Source: Eubacteriales bacterium (GTDB taxonomy: Bacteria; Bacillota; Clostridia; Oscillospirales; CAG-272). Taken from it: a stretch of DNA of 64,000 nucleotides. Location: the NCBI GenBank assembly GCA_045535815.1, contig JAZSMJ010000034.1, positions 648 to 64,647 on the forward strand, written 5' to 3'. Shown here one piece after another: positions 62,709-64,000 of this stretch. Made by a program: the position numbers and the translations under genes. Each line of letters starts with the position of its first letter. Within the stretch, counting starts at the first letter, position 1. The notes beneath the pieces are model-generated. The model ran no database searches, was not told the origin of the DNA, and was given only the letters and a program-made list of their open reading frames with translations.

Positions 62709-62785
62709 GGCGGAATAGCTCAGTTGGCTAGAGCATTCGGTTCATACCCGACAGGTCGTTGGTTCAAGTCCGACTTCCGCTACCA
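62709..62785 (+). tRNA. tRNA-Met (anticodon CAT; elongator-like, though tRNA-Ile2 cannot be formally excluded)
   Basis: Cloverleaf folded by hand: acceptor GGCGGAA/TTCCGCT, D-arm GCTC-AGTTGGCTA-GAGC, anticodon loop TTCATAC, T-arm GTTGG-TTCAAGT-CCGAC, encoded CCA. Confidence 0.85.
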
Positions 62786-62814
62786 TACGGCATCGGCGTC
62801 ACACAAATAAATAA

Positions 62815-62889
62815 GGCCCGTTGGTCAAGCGGCTAAGACACCGCCCTTTCACGGCGGTAACAGGAGTTCGATTCTCCTACGGGTCACCA
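62815..62889 (+). tRNA. tRNA-Glu (anticodon TTC)
   Basis: GGCCCGTTGGTCAAGCGGCTAAGACACCGCCCTTTCACGGCGGTAACAGGAGTTCGATTCTCCTACGGGTCACCA is almost identical to Firmicute tRNA-Glu as I remember it. Encoded CCA. Confidence 0.9.
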
Positions 62890-62921
62890 AAGCTCCGTAT
62901 CGAAGGATTCGGAGCTTTTTC
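62889..62921 (+). terminator. Intrinsic terminator after the tRNA pair
   Basis: AAGCTCCG...CGGAGCTT, followed by T5. Confidence 0.8.
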
Positions 62922-63059
62922 TTTACTTAAAACTTTTTATTTTTTCACATGAAGCGAATGTTTGAGTTGTTTTTTTGAAAAGCCCGTGGTATAATGAAGA
63001 TACTGGGTCGCAGATGACCATCAAATCCCGATTGAAGTGATATTACGGAGGAAGAATCA

Positions 63060-64000
63060 ATGCCAATGAAAATGACATTCCGCTGGTATGGCGAAGGCAA
63101 CGATAACATCAAGCTTTCGGATATCAAACAAATTCCCGGTGTGGAAGGCATCGTTTGGGCATTACATCATAAAATGCCCGGCGAAGTCTGGGAAGAAGAA
63201 GAGATTGCCGAAGTCAAGCGTCAGTTAGACGAGTATGGCTTCAATATGGACGTGGTCGAATCGGTCAACGTTCACGATGACATCAAGATTGGGCTTCCCA
63301 CCCGTGATAAGTACATCGAAAATTACAAGCAATGCATTCGCAACCTTTCGAAATACGGCGTCAAGGTTATCTGCTATAACTTTATGCCCATCTTTGACTG
63401 GACCCGAAGCAACCTCTTCCATCCGGTAGGGGATGGTTCCACTGCCTTGTTCTATGAAAAGAACATGATTCAGGATGACTACAATGCCATGGCAAAGTAC
63501 ATTTTGGATTTCACCGAGAAGTACAACATGTCCTTCCCGGGCTGGGAACCGGAACGCATGGCAAAGCTTGACGAATTATTCAAGGCATACGAAGGCGTAG
63601 ACCACGAGAAGCTCTGGGCCAACCTGAAGTACTTCCTGGAAGCCATCATGCCCACCTGCCGGGAATGCGATGTCAAGATGGCTATCCATATGGACGATCC
63701 TCCCTGGGATATTTTTGGTCTGCCTCGTCTTCTCATCAACGAAGAAAATATCGATCGTTTCCTGCGCATGGTAGATGACGAATACAACTGCCTGACCCTT
63801 TGCTCCGGCAGTCTGGGAGCCGATCCCAATAACAACGTGGCTGACATTGTTCGCAAGCACTGCGACCGTATCGCCTTTGCCCACATCCGTAACGTCAAGC
63901 ATTTCGAAAATGGTGACTTCTCTGAAGCCAGCCACCGGGATTGCGATGGTGATACCGGCATTCTGGATATCTTGAAGGCATACCATGATTGTGGCTTTGA
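63060..64000 (+). CDS. uxuA: Mannonate dehydratase, N-terminal ~313 codons (3' end outside the window; absent from the ORF track because no stop is reached)
   Basis: Own translation from ATG 63060 behind GGAGG: MPMKMTFRWYGEGNDNIKLSDIKQIPGVEGIVWALHH...VESVNVHDDIKIGLPTRDKYIENY...VICYNFMPIFDWTRS...AIHMDDPPWDIFGLPRL...CSGSLGADPNNN...RIAFAHIRNV. The frame is open to position 64000. Confidence 0.9.
   Translation, partial: MPMKMTFRWYGEGNDNIKLSDIKQIPGVEGIVWALHHKMPGEVWEEEEIAEVKRQLDEYGFNMDVVESVNVHDDIKIGLPTRDKYIENYKQCIRNLSKYGVKVICYNFMPIFDWTRSNLFHPVGDGSTALFYEKNMIQDDYNAMAKYILDFTEKYNMSFPGWEPERMAKLDELFKAYEGVDHEKLWANLKYFLEAIMPTCRECDVKMAIHMDDPPWDIFGLPRLLINEENIDRFLRMVDDEYNCLTLCSGSLGADPNNNVADIVRKHCDRIAFAHIRNVKHFENGDFSEASHRDCDGDTGILDILKAYHDCGF

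Noticed and set aside
63479-63986. Minus-strand ORFs of 160 aa and 136 aa.
   Set aside because: They are antisense shadows of uxuA, whose plus-strand translation matches mannonate dehydratase throughout.
1-64000. CRISPR arrays, rRNA genes, IS transposases.
   Set aside because: I saw no run of regularly spaced identical 25-40 bp repeats. The only tandem repeats are in-frame coding ones (13318-13449, 61106-61150). No transposase-like or rRNA-like sequence was recognised.

Overview
Chromosomal segment of a spore-forming Firmicute, Clostridia-like: it has a spoIIIAA-AH operon, SLH S-layer proteins, a dockerin, a two-subunit transketolase, and codon usage rich in ATA and CTT. All family calls come from motif recognition by eye on the supplied translations. 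No database search or structure prediction was run.

Left edge: the 3' part of a tyrosine integrase, then a hairpin-dense spacer.

Left third: HAD phosphatase, a BlaI/BlaR1-like pair, a SAM methyltransferase, a GNAT, a GH2 beta-mannosidase-like enzyme, nrdR and a CNNM/CorC transporter. An AT-rich islet of four ORFans follows and ends next to a solitary mazF. After it come fba, an acyl-ACP thioesterase, a pseudo-receiver OmpR-like regulator, pyrC and pyrF.

Centre (about 19.8-47.6 kb), the most unusual part: four paralogous giant multimodular secreted proteins. One carries a dockerin and three are lipoproteins; one of the lipoproteins has a single in-frame TAG. Each combines a divergent GH5/clan GH-A-like barrel with non-canonical T/S-E-P catalytic motifs, LamG domains (some split by a nested module), InlB-type B-repeats and a recurrent unassigned module of about 150-180 aa. 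The array is interrupted by AraC + GH172 (DUF2961) + Gfo/Idh/MocA genes. It is followed by two tandem SLH S-layer paralogs, one of which carries the same recurrent module.

Right third: the spoIIIA operon, cinA, degV behind a dual palindromic operator, a CE4 deacetylase and transketolase. Then an AT-rich NERD + XRE cassette bracketed by ~50-bp direct repeats, and a translationally coupled RnfC-like/RnfD-like/PPTase operon whose cofactor motifs are degenerate. The window ends with tRNA-Met, tRNA-Glu and the 5' part of uxuA, which has visibly different codon usage.

No CRISPR array, rRNA, transposase or reverse transcriptase was seen.
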